IMG/VR virus record: IMGVR_UViG_3300032562_000003
Coordinates: 62,001-126,000 of that record
DNA length: 64,000 nt
Reading direction: 5' to 3' (one strand)
Part shown: in pieces, positions 36,277 through 46,845 of the stretch
Numbering within the stretch: position 1 is the stretch's first letter
Layout: each line of letters opens with the position of its first letter
The notes under the pieces: model-generated
What the model saw: the letters and a program-made list of their open reading frames with translations, nothing else
Databases searched by the model: none
Told to the model about the DNA's origin: nothing
Made by a program: the position numbers and the translations under genes

Positions 36277-37911
36277 TTATTTTTCGTCTAGATAATCAGC
36301 GTTTTTTGTAAAACTCTCTTTAACTGTTTGTTTTACGATCCATTTATCGGGAACCACACGATGCTTTTTCACAAAATCGTTATGTAATTTATCACCGGTT
36401 AGATGATATTTTTTACAGATTAATTGCATCATTTTATCTATTTTGTCATAGTCTAGTTTAACGCCGGGCGCTTTGGTTCTTAGCAATGCTTTTTCTAAGG
36501 CCTCTACAGAACCAGATTTTTCTTCACCAGTAACATGAGTCGGTTTCATAGTGCCTTCCTTCAATCTTTGAGCAGGAAAATCTACCGATTTGGAAGAATT
36601 CATTTTTCCAACCTTTCGGTCCAGAGTATCAACTCTGTCTTTTAGTTCATCGACTTCTTTATCTAAACGCTCATCGTCTTCCTTAGAATGCTTGAGGCTG
36701 CGCTGAACAAACTTGATAAATGCAGCTTGCTTTTTTGGATTACGATAGTGCTGTTGTGCAAAAGATACAGTAGCATTTAGTTCTGGATCAATATCAAATG
36801 GATCCTCTTCTTCGTCCAGAGGACTTTTGGCTTCATCAGCCGCGATAATACGGTTTATTTCAGCTTCAAGTTGACCAGGCTTACGATTGCCAGGATAAGG
36901 ACTTACTTTCAGGGTACCAACTGGAATATATTTCTTTGTTTCGTTTGGAGCAAGCTTAACTACTTCAAAACCTTCCTTACGAACATCATCATCTTCGTCC
37001 ATCTCGTATGAAAGTAAGTATCCGTTTCCTAAATCTTTTACAATGTTTACGTCTGATGGACCATAGATACGTTGAACACTATACGATTCCTTCACCGGAA
37101 CGCAATTAGGAACAGTCTTACCGTTCTTCTTTTTGGTGCCAACTGGTTTGTACCCATCCCAACATGGGTTAGTATTTCTTAGTGTCTTCTTAGCTTCACT
37201 CAATAGCTTAACAAACTTTGCCTTTTGTTGAGGGGACGCCTCACTGATAAGAGGTTTGATTTTGTTGATTAGAGCGCGGATGCTCTCAGTGACTTGTAGG
37301 TTATTGTCGAATGTCTGCTTCATTTTCTCTGCTGAGTCTCCGTATAAATCTGTAAGAATTTTCATTTTTGTTTTGTTATCAGAGCCTGCATATGCCTTAC
37401 GAATAGCACTAGCATCGCGCATAGTTTTGCCAGCGATAGGAAACTCTGCTACGTCAGTAGAAAGAATGTATCCGTGCTGTGTCATTGGTTTAATGTTTTT
37501 GCCTTTTAGCGGCTGAAAGTAAGATGCTGTACCATCCTTTTTAGGCTTAAAGGAGAAGCGAGGATCGGGTTCAATGCCCATAGAAGGATCACCCTCCATA
37601 TCCTTTTTACTGACACCAAATACCAAAGCAGTATGTTCGGGATCATATCCTTTAGTTTGAAACATTTTCATGTACTCATCGCCTGAGTACGGATTCTTCA
37701 CTGCAATAATGTTTTTTGATGGAATGCCCAAAGCCATTGCCATCTTTGCACGATCTTGTGCTGAAAAAGGACTCTTTGGTTGATCTTGTTTAGCAGAGAT
37801 AGCAAGGTAAGTGTTTTCCAAACCAAATCTACTAGCCAGCTGCTTAAAACTTGCGGCGTGGCCTTTGTGAAAGGGATGAAATCTTCCCGGATAAACTGCT
37901 ATCACCTTCAT
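36277..37911 (-). CDS. HxGH nucleotidyltransferase (cytidylyltransferase/NMNAT-like) with additional C-terminal modules
   Basis: YPGRFHPFHKGH, SPFSAQDR, DASAIRK and the CWDGYKPVGTKKKNGKTVPNCVP module. Confidence 0.8.
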   Translation of the reverse strand: MKVIAVYPGRFHPFHKGHAASFKQLASRFGLENTYLAISAKQDQPKSPFSAQDRAKMAMALGIPSKNIIAVKNPYSGDEYMKMFQTKGYDPEHTALVFGVSKKDMEGDPSMGIEPDPRFSFKPKKDGTASYFQPLKGKNIKPMTQHGYILSTDVAEFPIAGKTMRDASAIRKAYAGSDNKTKMKILTDLYGDSAEKMKQTFDNNLQVTESIRALINKIKPLISEASPQQKAKFVKLLSEAKKTLRNTNPCWDGYKPVGTKKKNGKTVPNCVPVKESYSVQRIYGPSDVNIVKDLGNGYLLSYEMDEDDDVRKEGFEVVKLAPNETKKYIPVGTLKVSPYPGNRKPGQLEAEINRIIAADEAKSPLDEEEDPFDIDPELNATVSFAQQHYRNPKKQAAFIKFVQRSLKHSKEDDERLDKEVDELKDRVDTLDRKVGKMNSSKSVDFPAQRLKEGTMKPTHVTGEEKSGSVEALEKALLRTKAPGVKLDYDKIDKMMQLICKKYHLTGDKLHNDFVKKHRVVPDKWIVKQTVKESFTKNADYLDEK

Positions 37912-37912
37912 G

Positions 37913-38299
37913 TTAGTAACTGAGTTTCACGTAATTGACACCGCCACCTTGAAAGTCCTGAATCTGTGCGCGCATGTATACGAAATTTCCATCGATATTA
38001 GTATACATTGAGGCGTTTGATGCAATCTGTGGAGCTGAATTTGCTACAGCATTTGCGTTAGCTTCTAATTCATACACATTAAACCAGTCAGTGTCAAGTG
38101 GGGCAGGTGCCAACGTAGCTTGAATCACGATATTACCCGTACATTGTGTCAAACTAATATTAACGGTCTGCAAATCCTTGTTTCCTAAATAATAGGCCGC
38201 CGCTGGTTTTGAATCGCCGATAACAGTGTAGGGTGCTCCGTTGCCTGGATTTATATAGGTTGTTTGTGGGAATAGGATTAGGGTCGTAGATTGGCTCAC
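37913..38299 (-). CDS. Hypothetical beta-rich protein, possibly structural
   Basis: 128-aa ORF coupled to its neighbours. Confidence 0.65.
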   Translation of the reverse strand: MSQSTTLILFPQTTYINPGNGAPYTVIGDSKPAAAYYLGNKDLQTVNISLTQCTGNIVIQATLAPAPLDTDWFNVYELEANANAVANSAPQIASNASMYTNIDGNFVYMRAQIQDFQGGGVNYVKLSY

Positions 38300-38982
38300 G
38301 GGTTTACTCCAGGATTAGATATAACTCGAAACGTGTACCCGTTTCGAGTTACTCCGTTTTTTATTGATCCACGTTTGACGTTATTATTTCGACACCATTC
38401 GCACATATTAACGATGGTAATTATCTCTCCGACAGGTGAGGTTATCTCCCAAACTTTAGCCGTTTGACTGGCAGTTTGGGTAGCTTTCTTAGCTAAGTAT
38501 GCGTGGGTCAGTTTTGTTCGGCCGGCAAGTTTGGCTGCCGCCGCTGCAATATGTGGATGGGTTTCTTTTGTTCGGCCTGAAAACCTAATAGACAGTTCCA
38601 TCAATGCAGGCCAATTGTCCTTGTTTCGGGTTTTTCGTTTGGCTGCTGCAATTTTGGCAGATTTACCACAATCTTCAGGTGATATCGATTTGTTATCCGT
38701 GCGATTTAAAAACGTAGGATTGGTTATTACTTTCCTTCTACGTAACACGGTGTGTTCCCAGCGTTGAGCCTTTTCTACCGCGTTTTTACCACGAAATACC
38801 TTCCGTACGGAAATTATGTCAGGATTTCCATACTCCTGAACATATGATTTAACGTGCTTACTTGAAGTCTTGTATGGATTCCATAAATCTGTCGGATGAC
38901 AACCAGAGGCGTACCTGACACCATAGTACTTCATTCCGGTAGTTGACCATTTAAGTAAATATGTGTAAGGTAGTTGCGACAT
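38296..38982 (-). mobile_element. Seg-like/GIY-YIG-type homing endonuclease
   Basis: PYTYLL...KYYGVR...YKTSS, ..WE..VL and FLNRT, with a basic NUMOD-like tail. Confidence 0.7.
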
Positions 38983-39146
38983 TAAGCTTTCGCAACCTCC
39001 ACTATGATCCCATCGCCTACTAGTTCTTGGGCTACTTGTTCCAGTGCAGATTGCACTTCATTAGTAAGGATTCCGCTGTCAGCAGCATCATCCTTCACAA
39101 GCTTACTAAGCTTGATAACAAGTACGTCTTCGACGACCTTTGCCAT
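38982..39146 (-). CDS. 54-aa protein missed by the ORF track (MAKVVEDVLVIKLSKLVKD...)
   Basis: Manual translation; SD GGAG upstream and TAATG coupling to the endonuclease. Confidence 0.75.
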   Translation of the reverse strand: MAKVVEDVLVIKLSKLVKDDAADSGILTNEVQSALEQVAQELVGDGIIVEVAKA

Positions 39147-39177
39147 AAAAATACTCCATTTTATTAGAGTATTTATC

Positions 39178-39852
39178 TTATACCGTTTTCTTTTCTAATT
39201 TGTAACTTTTACCTATGATGTTCGGAAACATCAGATACATCATCATGAGATTCTTTTCATCATTGTAGTTGATAAAGTGGCTAGTGCTTAGGTAAGTAAA
39301 ATTATAATTTAATACCATTGACAAAGACTCACTAATGACAAGATCCGGTGTTCTTTTCAAGTATTCTTTTAGGTCTTCCTTAATATTGCCGTCTCTGTCG
39401 TAAAAGTTTTTTAGATAAACCCTAAACTTAGCAGGCGGATCCTTCTTGAAATATTTTATACCGGCTGGTAACAAATTCGCTTCATGAATTTTAGGATCTG
39501 ACCAAAATTTACAAATCTCCTTAATGATATTCTCGTCATTTGTATAGACAGAAAATGCAGAATCATACTGCCGGGTTTGAATTTTAGGATCTTTGTAGTG
39601 ATTTGCTCTAAATTTAATGAGGCCTTCCATTTTAGACAAATCTATATCTTCTAACCTTATTTTTCGGGACCACCGGTCCTTTAGTAATATTTGGTTCTTA
39701 ACGTACTGCACGTATTGTTCAATGGTTTTGGCTCTAAATACAAAGCTAATTGCATTGTCTTTTAACACAACCTTATACTTGAAATTGTTGTAGTATAGAA
39801 GGGTTCGGTCTTCGACCTCAACCTTCGACTTGAATGATGCCGTCATCGCCAA
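39178..39852 (-). CDS. Hypothetical phage protein
   Basis: 224-aa ORF overlapping the clpA end. Confidence 0.7.
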   Translation of the reverse strand: MAMTASFKSKVEVEDRTLLYYNNFKYKVVLKDNAISFVFRAKTIEQYVQYVKNQILLKDRWSRKIRLEDIDLSKMEGLIKFRANHYKDPKIQTRQYDSAFSVYTNDENIIKEICKFWSDPKIHEANLLPAGIKYFKKDPPAKFRVYLKNFYDRDGNIKEDLKEYLKRTPDLVISESLSMVLNYNFTYLSTSHFINYNDEKNLMMMYLMFPNIIGKSYKLEKKTV

Positions 39853-42082
39853 TTCTCGCAGTTTGCTTTGAAGTTACTTGAAACACGATTTCATTGTTCT
39901 CCAACACAGCCATAATGTTTGCGTTAGCAATACGCTCAAACAAAATTTTCTTTGAAAGAGGAACACGAATCAATTCATCGATCTTACGACCGAGAGGTCT
40001 TGCACCCATCTTGCTATCATAGCCCTTATCAGCCAAATACTCAATGACTTCCTCACTGAGGTTCAGCGTGATATTGTGCTTGTCAAGCAACGGCTTCTTA
40101 ACATCTTCCAAGAATTTCACAACGATCTTCTTTATCGAAAGCATGTCTAGCTTTTGGAATTTGCAGACCATATCAAGACGATTACGGAACTCAGGCTTGA
40201 AGAATTGCTTAAGAGCCTTATCATCTTCACCAGTGCGTTCTTGCGAACCGAAACCAATATTGTTTCGTTCACCGTCAGCCGACCCTAAATTAGAAGTCAT
40301 AATGATAAGAGTATTCTTACAAGAAACTTCCTTACCGTTTGATCCGGTGATTCGACCTTCATCCAAAATCTGTAGGAAGATGTTGAAGATATCAGGGTGA
40401 GCCTTTTCGACTTCATCGAACAGAAGAATAGAGTGCGGGTTCTTGCTCAAGTCTGAAATTAGGCGTCCACCTTGAACTTGTGAATCGCCAAAGCCTACGT
40501 AGCCCGGGGGCGGCCCGATCAAGCTGCTTACGCTGTGCTTCTCTGCGTACTCCGACATGTCATACTTGAGAAGCGGCATATCCAAATTTTTGGACAGCAA
40601 CTTAGCCAATTCCGTTTTACCCGTACCCGTTGGGCCCAAGAACAAGAAGCTCGCAATCGGCTTCTTATCGTTACCGATCCCCGCAAACGAGACATACACT
40701 CGTTCAAGAACCTTATCGACAGTCTCATCCTGCCCATACAGCTTATTCTTGACGTTCATTTCAAGATTATTGATCCGGTCGAAGTTATCACCGCTCAACT
40801 TATCTGCCGGAACGCCGGTGAACTTTTCAACTTGTTCGTGAATAAGTGCCGTAGTAATTTCAGCGTCCTTGTTCTGCAGGACACGTTGCTTAGCACACGC
40901 CGCATCTAGTAGGTCGATAGACTTGTCAGGATTCTTACGATCATGGATGTATCGATCAGCGGACTCTACTGCTGCTTTAATGGCTTCTGGTGTAATCTTC
41001 ACATTGTGGAAATCATTGAGACGTTCAGATAATCCGTTAAGAATACGAACAGTCGTGTCATGAGAAGGTTCATCAACCGAAACACGATAGAATCGACGCA
41101 TCAACGCACGATCCTTTTCAAATGATTCGTAGAATTCTTCCCACGTGGTAGAAGCAATGACCTTAAGCGTACCCTTAGTGATTGCAGGCTTGATCATGTT
41201 AGCAAAATCAACTGATCCAGTAGTGGATCCGCCCGCACCTTGCATAGTATGCGCTTCGTCAATGAACAGAATCGCCTTCTTTTTGACGTTCAACGCATCA
41301 AGAACCTGCTTGACCTTTTCTTCAAAGTCACCTCGATAACGAGAACCAGCAAGAAGCGAACCAACTTCAAGTGAATAAAGTTCGTGGTCTAGTAGGAAGT
41401 CCGGAACTGTTCCGGCAACGATTGCGTTTGCGATACCTTCAGCGATAGCAGTCTTACCTACACCCGGATCGCCGACCATAAGTACGTTAGACTTGAATCT
41501 CTTGGCAAGAACATTGATAATGTCATCGATTTCCTTATGACGACCGATCACTGGCTCCAACTTGTCTTGACGAGCCAAATCAGTCAGATTGATTGTATAC
41601 TCATCAAGAATTTCGTCAGCCTGATTTGGACTGATAGCTGCGTAGTCGCCACCCGCATAATGCTTCTGCCAGTAAGTAAGAAAATCAGACTTAGAGACAC
41701 CGTACTTAAGTAGGAAATAGTGAGCATGAGAATTAGATTCTGTTGCGATGCTCATGTACAAATCAATAGTAGCAACTTGTCTGCGGCCGGTGAATAGAAC
41801 CTGTGTCACAGAACGATTCATCACACGTTCAAGCGTGTTAGTGCGCTTTGGTTGGCAATTTGGATCTTTAGAAACAATTGCGTGCAGTCCATTGAGATAA
41901 GCCTCAATTTCAGCAAGCATCAAATCCGTATCTACATTGATGCCATTTAGACATTTCTTAAAAGGAGGGTGCGAAACGAGAGCCCAAAGCAAATGCTCTA
42001 CAGTAACATATGCATGTTGTCTTTGCTTTGCAGCTTGGACTGCATGTTCAATAATATTTTCAATTTCAGGGGATGATTGCAA
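39818..42082 (-). CDS. clpA: ClpA-type AAA+ chaperone/protease subunit
   Basis: Clp N-domain, GDPGVGKT and GPTGTGKT Walker A motifs, FIDEAH and LFDEVEKAH, no ClpB middle domain, IGF loop (NNIGFG). Confidence 0.93.
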   Translation of the reverse strand: MQSSPEIENIIEHAVQAAKQRQHAYVTVEHLLWALVSHPPFKKCLNGINVDTDLMLAEIEAYLNGLHAIVSKDPNCQPKRTNTLERVMNRSVTQVLFTGRRQVATIDLYMSIATESNSHAHYFLLKYGVSKSDFLTYWQKHYAGGDYAAISPNQADEILDEYTINLTDLARQDKLEPVIGRHKEIDDIINVLAKRFKSNVLMVGDPGVGKTAIAEGIANAIVAGTVPDFLLDHELYSLEVGSLLAGSRYRGDFEEKVKQVLDALNVKKKAILFIDEAHTMQGAGGSTTGSVDFANMIKPAITKGTLKVIASTTWEEFYESFEKDRALMRRFYRVSVDEPSHDTTVRILNGLSERLNDFHNVKITPEAIKAAVESADRYIHDRKNPDKSIDLLDAACAKQRVLQNKDAEITTALIHEQVEKFTGVPADKLSGDNFDRINNLEMNVKNKLYGQDETVDKVLERVYVSFAGIGNDKKPIASFLFLGPTGTGKTELAKLLSKNLDMPLLKYDMSEYAEKHSVSSLIGPPPGYVGFGDSQVQGGRLISDLSKNPHSILLFDEVEKAHPDIFNIFLQILDEGRITGSNGKEVSCKNTLIIMTSNLGSADGERNNIGFGSQERTGEDDKALKQFFKPEFRNRLDMVCKFQKLDMLSIKKIVVKFLEDVKKPLLDKHNITLNLSEEVIEYLADKGYDSKMGARPLGRKIDELIRVPLSKKILFERIANANIMAVLENNEIVFQVTSKQTARIGDDGIIQVEG

Positions 42083-42102
42083 CTTTTAATCCTTTTAAAA
42101 AG

Positions 42103-42909
42103 TTATTTAGATCGACTACGCTTGATACTTTCAATAATATCATTGTCGATGTTAGCAGGGACTATTACCTTTAACAATAGTATTTGGTCACCATAACCGT
42201 TGTTGGCTGTGGGCATTCCGTAGCCAGGCAGTCTAAACTGATGATATGTTTGAGTTCCAGCTGGAATATCAACCTCAATTTTATTTCCGCCTATGGTAGT
42301 AAACTCAATTTTAGTACCGACAATCAAATCTAAGACAGAGATAGGTATATTCGTATACAAATCGTCACCTTTTCTGTCAAATCGTAGATCATCTAGAACA
42401 TGGAATTCGATGATTAGCGTACCTTCTTCAATCAGATTGTCATATCGAATGCTACTTCTAGACGAGATGCCGGGTGGCACCTTAACATTCACGACCTTTA
42501 CGCCGTTTGGCGTACCTAATTGCAGTACCTGCTCGGCACCACTAAATGCATCTTGCAATGACACTGATACTCTAGTTCTAAAAACTGGTTTCTGTGGTTG
42601 TCTATTTTGTGCAAAGTTTTGTGGTCCGCCAAATGATTGTGCAAAAAACTCGTTTAAATCAAATCCATTGAAGCTGAATGAGAATCCACCCGGTCCAAAT
42701 TGCGGCGAAGGCTGGGGAGGCCTGTCATATGCTGCTCTCTTGTCAGCATCACCTAATATTTCATAAGCCACACTGATTTCTTGAAATTTTGCTAGATCAC
42801 CTCCCCGATCAGGGTGATGCTCCATTGCTAATTTACGATATGCTTTTTTAATTTCTTCTTGGGTGGCTGTCCTAGAAACACCCAGCGTCATATAATGATC
42901 CATAATCAT
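42103..42909 (-). CDS. dnaJ: DnaJ/CbpA-type co-chaperone (no zinc finger)
   Basis: IKKAYRKLAMEHHPDRGG, G/F-rich linker and C-terminal substrate-binding domain. Confidence 0.92.
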   Translation of the reverse strand: MIMDHYMTLGVSRTATQEEIKKAYRKLAMEHHPDRGGDLAKFQEISVAYEILGDADKRAAYDRPPQPSPQFGPGGFSFSFNGFDLNEFFAQSFGGPQNFAQNRQPQKPVFRTRVSVSLQDAFSGAEQVLQLGTPNGVKVVNVKVPPGISSRSSIRYDNLIEEGTLIIEFHVLDDLRFDRKGDDLYTNIPISVLDLIVGTKIEFTTIGGNKIEVDIPAGTQTYHQFRLPGYGMPTANNGYGDQILLLKVIVPANIDNDIIESIKRSRSK

Positions 42910-42938
42910 ATAGTATCACGCTGGGTGTTATATGTCAA
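42910..42938 (-). promoter_or_regulatory. Sigma70-type promoter
   Basis: TTGACA-N17-TACTAT immediately before the dnaJ start. Confidence 0.75.
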
Positions 42939-42941
42939 TTC

Positions 42942-43463
42942 TTACTTTCCAGGAATTCCCGGTGGAGGTGTACCCACTGAAGTATCTACGTTCGTTGCAC
43001 CTTGAAGTTTTTCTTGTGTACGACCAAAAGCAGCAATACCAAGAACAGCGCCCATTGCAATGTGAAATAAACCTGCACCTTGAAGGGTCAATGGTTGCCA
43101 TGGCGTCGTGACACTTCCCTTACCGACAAGCTGTACGATAGACCAGAGAATTGGGAATAAAATGAAGTCGCATATGCAGACTGCCATATACATCCACCCC
43201 ATTGCTGGGCGCCACTTCTTATTGATCCAATCCTCATTATCGTTCTTAACAAGAACATCTGCGTTCTGTGCAGCATTGCTTCCTGCTTGCGTGAGAGAAG
43301 CATTGGTTAGATTCTGCAATTCATTTTTCTGTACCATATCTTCGTAAAACTCCTTATCATTTACCATGCTATCATAGTGTTCATCGTTCTTTGCGACGAC
43401 TTGCATTTCTTCATTATCGTTCGGTTCTGGCAATGTCATGCCGGGTAATCCTGAATCTGCCAT
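42942..43463 (-). CDS. 3TM holin-like membrane protein
   Basis: KWRPAMGWMY...DFILFP...LTLQGAGLFHIAMGAVLGIAAFGRTQEK. Confidence 0.7.
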   Translation of the reverse strand: MADSGLPGMTLPEPNDNEEMQVVAKNDEHYDSMVNDKEFYEDMVQKNELQNLTNASLTQAGSNAAQNADVLVKNDNEDWINKKWRPAMGWMYMAVCICDFILFPILWSIVQLVGKGSVTTPWQPLTLQGAGLFHIAMGAVLGIAAFGRTQEKLQGATNVDTSVGTPPPGIPGK

Positions 43464-43464
43464 A

Positions 43465-44058
43465 TTACATTCCTGCCATTGATTTTATATTTTTAATGTA
43501 TTCATCATTATTGTATGGCGCCTTCGGATCAATACCTGCACGAATTCTCACTTCATTTAATCCGTCATCTTTTTCGTTTTTTTCGTTTTTTTCGTCATCA
43601 ACGTTTCCGTCGTCGCCGCGATCAATCTTGTATTCATTAGGATTGCATATAATAGCCTGATGTAGAATTTCTTCGTCAGCATCATAATCTTCTCCCTCAA
43701 CCTCAACGGTCCAATCCTTAAGCTTTAATCCAGTTAAGGTCTCAAGATCAGAAAGAAGCGAAATGATTCTTTTAGGCGTAGTTGATCTGCGATCCATTTC
43801 AACAAATACTAACCACTTACCAGGTTCAATTTCACCATCGCTTACACTGGCATCTAATACCCAGGTATACCCACGTTCAAACCAGGTTACTAAATCCTTT
43901 GCAGCCAACTTTGAATATGCCATAAAAGTGACAGTTACTATGTCTGCATCTGAACCGATTTTAGCAGAATATTCGTCAACCGTTATCTTATCTGATAACT
44001 GGTCTTCTAGATCCATGTAATCGAGGGCTTCATTTAAAATTTTCATTATACGCCTCAC
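43465..44058 (-). CDS. Hypothetical jumbo-phage protein
   Basis: 197-aa acidic ORF in operon order. Confidence 0.75.
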   Translation of the reverse strand: MRRIMKILNEALDYMDLEDQLSDKITVDEYSAKIGSDADIVTVTFMAYSKLAAKDLVTWFERGYTWVLDASVSDGEIEPGKWLVFVEMDRRSTTPKRIISLLSDLETLTGLKLKDWTVEVEGEDYDADEEILHQAIICNPNEYKIDRGDDGNVDDEKNEKNEKDDGLNEVRIRAGIDPKAPYNNDEYIKNIKSMAGM

Positions 44059-44666
44059 ATCATCGGAGCAGGGCCCAGCGCGGCGCCAGGAGCATTACCT
44101 AATTGATTTTCATCTGCTGTGGTTTTAACTGATGGTTCTTCTTTAGTGGAGTCATCCAAATCCTCAGCATATGCATCTTCAATCTCAGACAAGTCGATAG
44201 TTTGGTCTGCAAGATCAATAGTACCTTCCTTAATGTCATCCATAAGTTCGAACGGAATAGTGATTTCTACAAACCAAACCTTACGTTCCTTCATCTTTGG
44301 ATAGCGAGTTCCTGGTACAAAATCTTCATAATCTTTTACTTCTACGGGAACTTTCAACTCACCCTTTCCAAAGGTTACTTTACACCCAATAGTAGTGAGG
44401 CGCAGAGCCCCACGTGGATCAGGCATTAACTTATATGGCCACATGAAAATACATTTACAAGTGTATCTGCCTATTTCTGGACCTTGAACCAACTCGCCTA
44501 AAATCCAATTTTTGAAGGCATAAAGATCAGCTTCGTCTAAAACTCTCTCAAAGTCTATCAAAGTAGACATCGAGCCGTCACTCATGTAGATACCTTTGAT
44601 CGTATCTACAATACTGACAAAATCGATGTCATTAAAAAAAGTATCTGCTGGTAATGATTTGCTCAT
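44055..44666 (-). CDS. Hypothetical jumbo-phage protein
   Basis: 203-aa ORF with TAAATA 5 nt before the ATG. Confidence 0.75.
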   Translation of the reverse strand: MSKSLPADTFFNDIDFVSIVDTIKGIYMSDGSMSTLIDFERVLDEADLYAFKNWILGELVQGPEIGRYTCKCIFMWPYKLMPDPRGALRLTTIGCKVTFGKGELKVPVEVKDYEDFVPGTRYPKMKERKVWFVEITIPFELMDDIKEGTIDLADQTIDLSEIEDAYAEDLDDSTKEEPSVKTTADENQLGNAPGAALGPAPMM

Positions 44667-44840
44667 GTAAGTATTTATCTTTACAGCGTATTAATGAAGG
44701 AAACGTTTTTGAAACGAACATTATATTTATCATAGGAAACTATTTCCTAGATGCTCATAGTTTACTTAATTACAGACCTTAAATACATTCGAAGGCAGAA
44801 TACAGCTTTCAATACTTTGTTTCAAACTCAGGAGACTTTA

Positions 44841-45620
44841 GTGAGTAAAAGAAAAACAAGCGAGCTTCGCAAAGACACAAGATATGCTAATAGAAGATAT
44901 CAAGATGAGAATAGAACATACTATATGAAGGAATCTAAAACTATAGATTTTGCTCAAGCCCAACCTAAAAGAGCTAACAAAAAACCAGTCGAACTAATAC
45001 CTCAGAGTATAAATCAGGAAAAATACATCATCGCATTGACCGACCCTGAAACAGATATCGTCGTGGTGAGTGGCCCTGCAGGAACAGGTAAAACTTATCT
45101 TGCTATGCTAGCAGCTATCAAAGCTATGAAACAAGGAGAGTGTGATAAAATTCTACTAACAAGACCTGCAGTTGCAGTTGACGATGAGAAGCACGGCTTT
45201 TTGCCTGGCGACTTAAACGAAAAAATGGAACCGTGGGTTAGACCATTATTTGACGTGCTGAGAGAATTCTATACAGCTACGGAACTCGAATATATGGTCA
45301 AAGAACAAGTCATCGAAATTGCACCATTAGCATTCTGTCGTGGTCGTAATTTTAAGCACAGTTGGATCATTCTTGACGAAGCGCAAAATGCCACACCTAG
45401 CCAAATGAAAATGTTGATGACTAGAATCGGTGAAGGCAGTAAAATTGTCATCACCGGTGACGTAGAACAAACAGATCGCAAAACCCCTGAAAACGGGCTA
45501 TTGGATCTTACTCACAGACTTCAAAAATATAGCGTGCCTGGCATGGTAGCTTGTGAGTTTGATAAAAAGGACATTAGAAGACATTCAATTATTGAACATG
45601 TCTTAACAATGTATTCGTAA
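44841..45620 (+). CDS. phoH: PhoH-like ATPase
   Basis: GPAGTGKT, GFLPGD, RGRNF and ILDEAQN. GTG start chosen from SD GGAG. Confidence 0.93.
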   Translation: MSKRKTSELRKDTRYANRRYQDENRTYYMKESKTIDFAQAQPKRANKKPVELIPQSINQEKYIIALTDPETDIVVVSGPAGTGKTYLAMLAAIKAMKQGECDKILLTRPAVAVDDEKHGFLPGDLNEKMEPWVRPLFDVLREFYTATELEYMVKEQVIEIAPLAFCRGRNFKHSWIILDEAQNATPSQMKMLMTRIGEGSKIVITGDVEQTDRKTPENGLLDLTHRLQKYSVPGMVACEFDKKDIRRHSIIEHVLTMYS

Positions 45621-45622
45621 AG

Positions 45623-45647
45623 GTAAACGGGGCAGTGCCCCGTTTAC
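45623..45647. terminator. Bidirectional hairpin between convergent genes
   Basis: gtaaacggggc-agt-gccccgtttac. Confidence 0.8.
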
Positions 45648-45922
45648 TATTTCTTCTTCTTTTCTTTGGCAGTAATAGGAGCTTCTCGCTCTAACTGGTC
45701 AATCAACTGAGGATATATCTTTTGATAGTAATTGCGCATTTGCTCGAATGTAGTGTCGTGCTTCTTCCCCTCAATTACGCACTTGTCAACTTTCTTTTCA
45801 GCAAAGTCTAGAATGACATTGGAGTTGGTTAGGTCAGAAGTTCTAACTCGCTTACTAGTGGTTACCATTTCGTCAATTTGACCATTGGCCTTACGGGAAA
45901 AGGTGAGGAGAAGATATCTCAT
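45647..45922 (-). CDS. Hypothetical phage protein
   Basis: 91-aa ORF coupled to the clamp loader stop. Confidence 0.7.
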   Translation of the reverse strand: MRYLLLTFSRKANGQIDEMVTTSKRVRTSDLTNSNVILDFAEKKVDKCVIEGKKHDTTFEQMRNYYQKIYPQLIDQLEREAPITAKEKKKK

Positions 45923-46845
45923 GATGTTAACTCTATAATTGTAGCTGCCAATGAAATTTCGGGAATACCAACAAGCGGAAGATTAGCGAGTCCGTTACGA
46001 ATGATGACGATACTGGCATCCTTACGTTCTTGTGTCTTTCCCCACAAATCTAAGTTCATATACATCCATCGATAGGTGTCTTCAATCCTAGTCGGGTAGA
46101 GGCTGATGTACTGCATTAGTTGTTGGCGCCCCTCAAGAATCTTGCCATCTTTAAAAAGTTCGGTAGCAGCGAGCAATATTTCGTCCTCGCTATTTCCCTC
46201 AGTATTAGGAGGAACAAGTTTTCCTGTTTTAGAGTTATTCTGTAATTGATTCAAGCACTTACGCAAATCAGGATAGGATGCACGAACATATGTGTCTAGA
46301 GTGTCTAGATCAAAATCTATACCTTCGGATACCAATACTGTTGCTGCTCTTGCGGTAAACTCTACGTGATCAGGTTTGGCGATATGAAATTTATAACAGC
46401 GGCTTTCTCTTAGAGCAGGGATAATCTTAGATTCATAGTTACAAGTCAGAATGAATCTAACGGTGTCTGCATAAGTTTCCATATCGCTACGCAATGCAGC
46501 CTGAAAGTTAGGAGTCGTATAGTCTGCTTCGTCAAGTAGAATGACTTTAAACTTACCAAAAGGCATAGTCTGCGCAAAACCGTTAATCTTGTCTTTTACG
46601 ATATCGATGCCGTTTTGACGAGAAGCGTTGATTTCCATCACGTCATATGGTTGTACACCAAGTTCACTGATCAGAACCTTAGCTAGGGTAGTCTTACCTG
46701 TACCCGGATCACCTGACAAAAGTAGATGTGGAATAGTCCCTTCCTTAATCCAAGCTTCTACCTGATCCTTTTGTCGCTGATCTACGAATACATAGTCAGT
46801 GATTGATGTCGGGCGGTATCTCTCAACCCAAAGGGCATTTTTCAT
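45919..46845 (-). CDS. Clamp loader AAA+ subunit (gp44/RFC-like)
   Basis: LWVERYRP, GDPGTGKTT, EINAS, LLDEAD and RFILTCN. Confidence 0.93.
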   Translation of the reverse strand: MKNALWVERYRPTSITDYVFVDQRQKDQVEAWIKEGTIPHLLLSGDPGTGKTTLAKVLISELGVQPYDVMEINASRQNGIDIVKDKINGFAQTMPFGKFKVILLDEADYTTPNFQAALRSDMETYADTVRFILTCNYESKIIPALRESRCYKFHIAKPDHVEFTARAATVLVSEGIDFDLDTLDTYVRASYPDLRKCLNQLQNNSKTGKLVPPNTEGNSEDEILLAATELFKDGKILEGRQQLMQYISLYPTRIEDTYRWMYMNLDLWGKTQERKDASIVIIRNGLANLPLVGIPEISLAATIIELTS

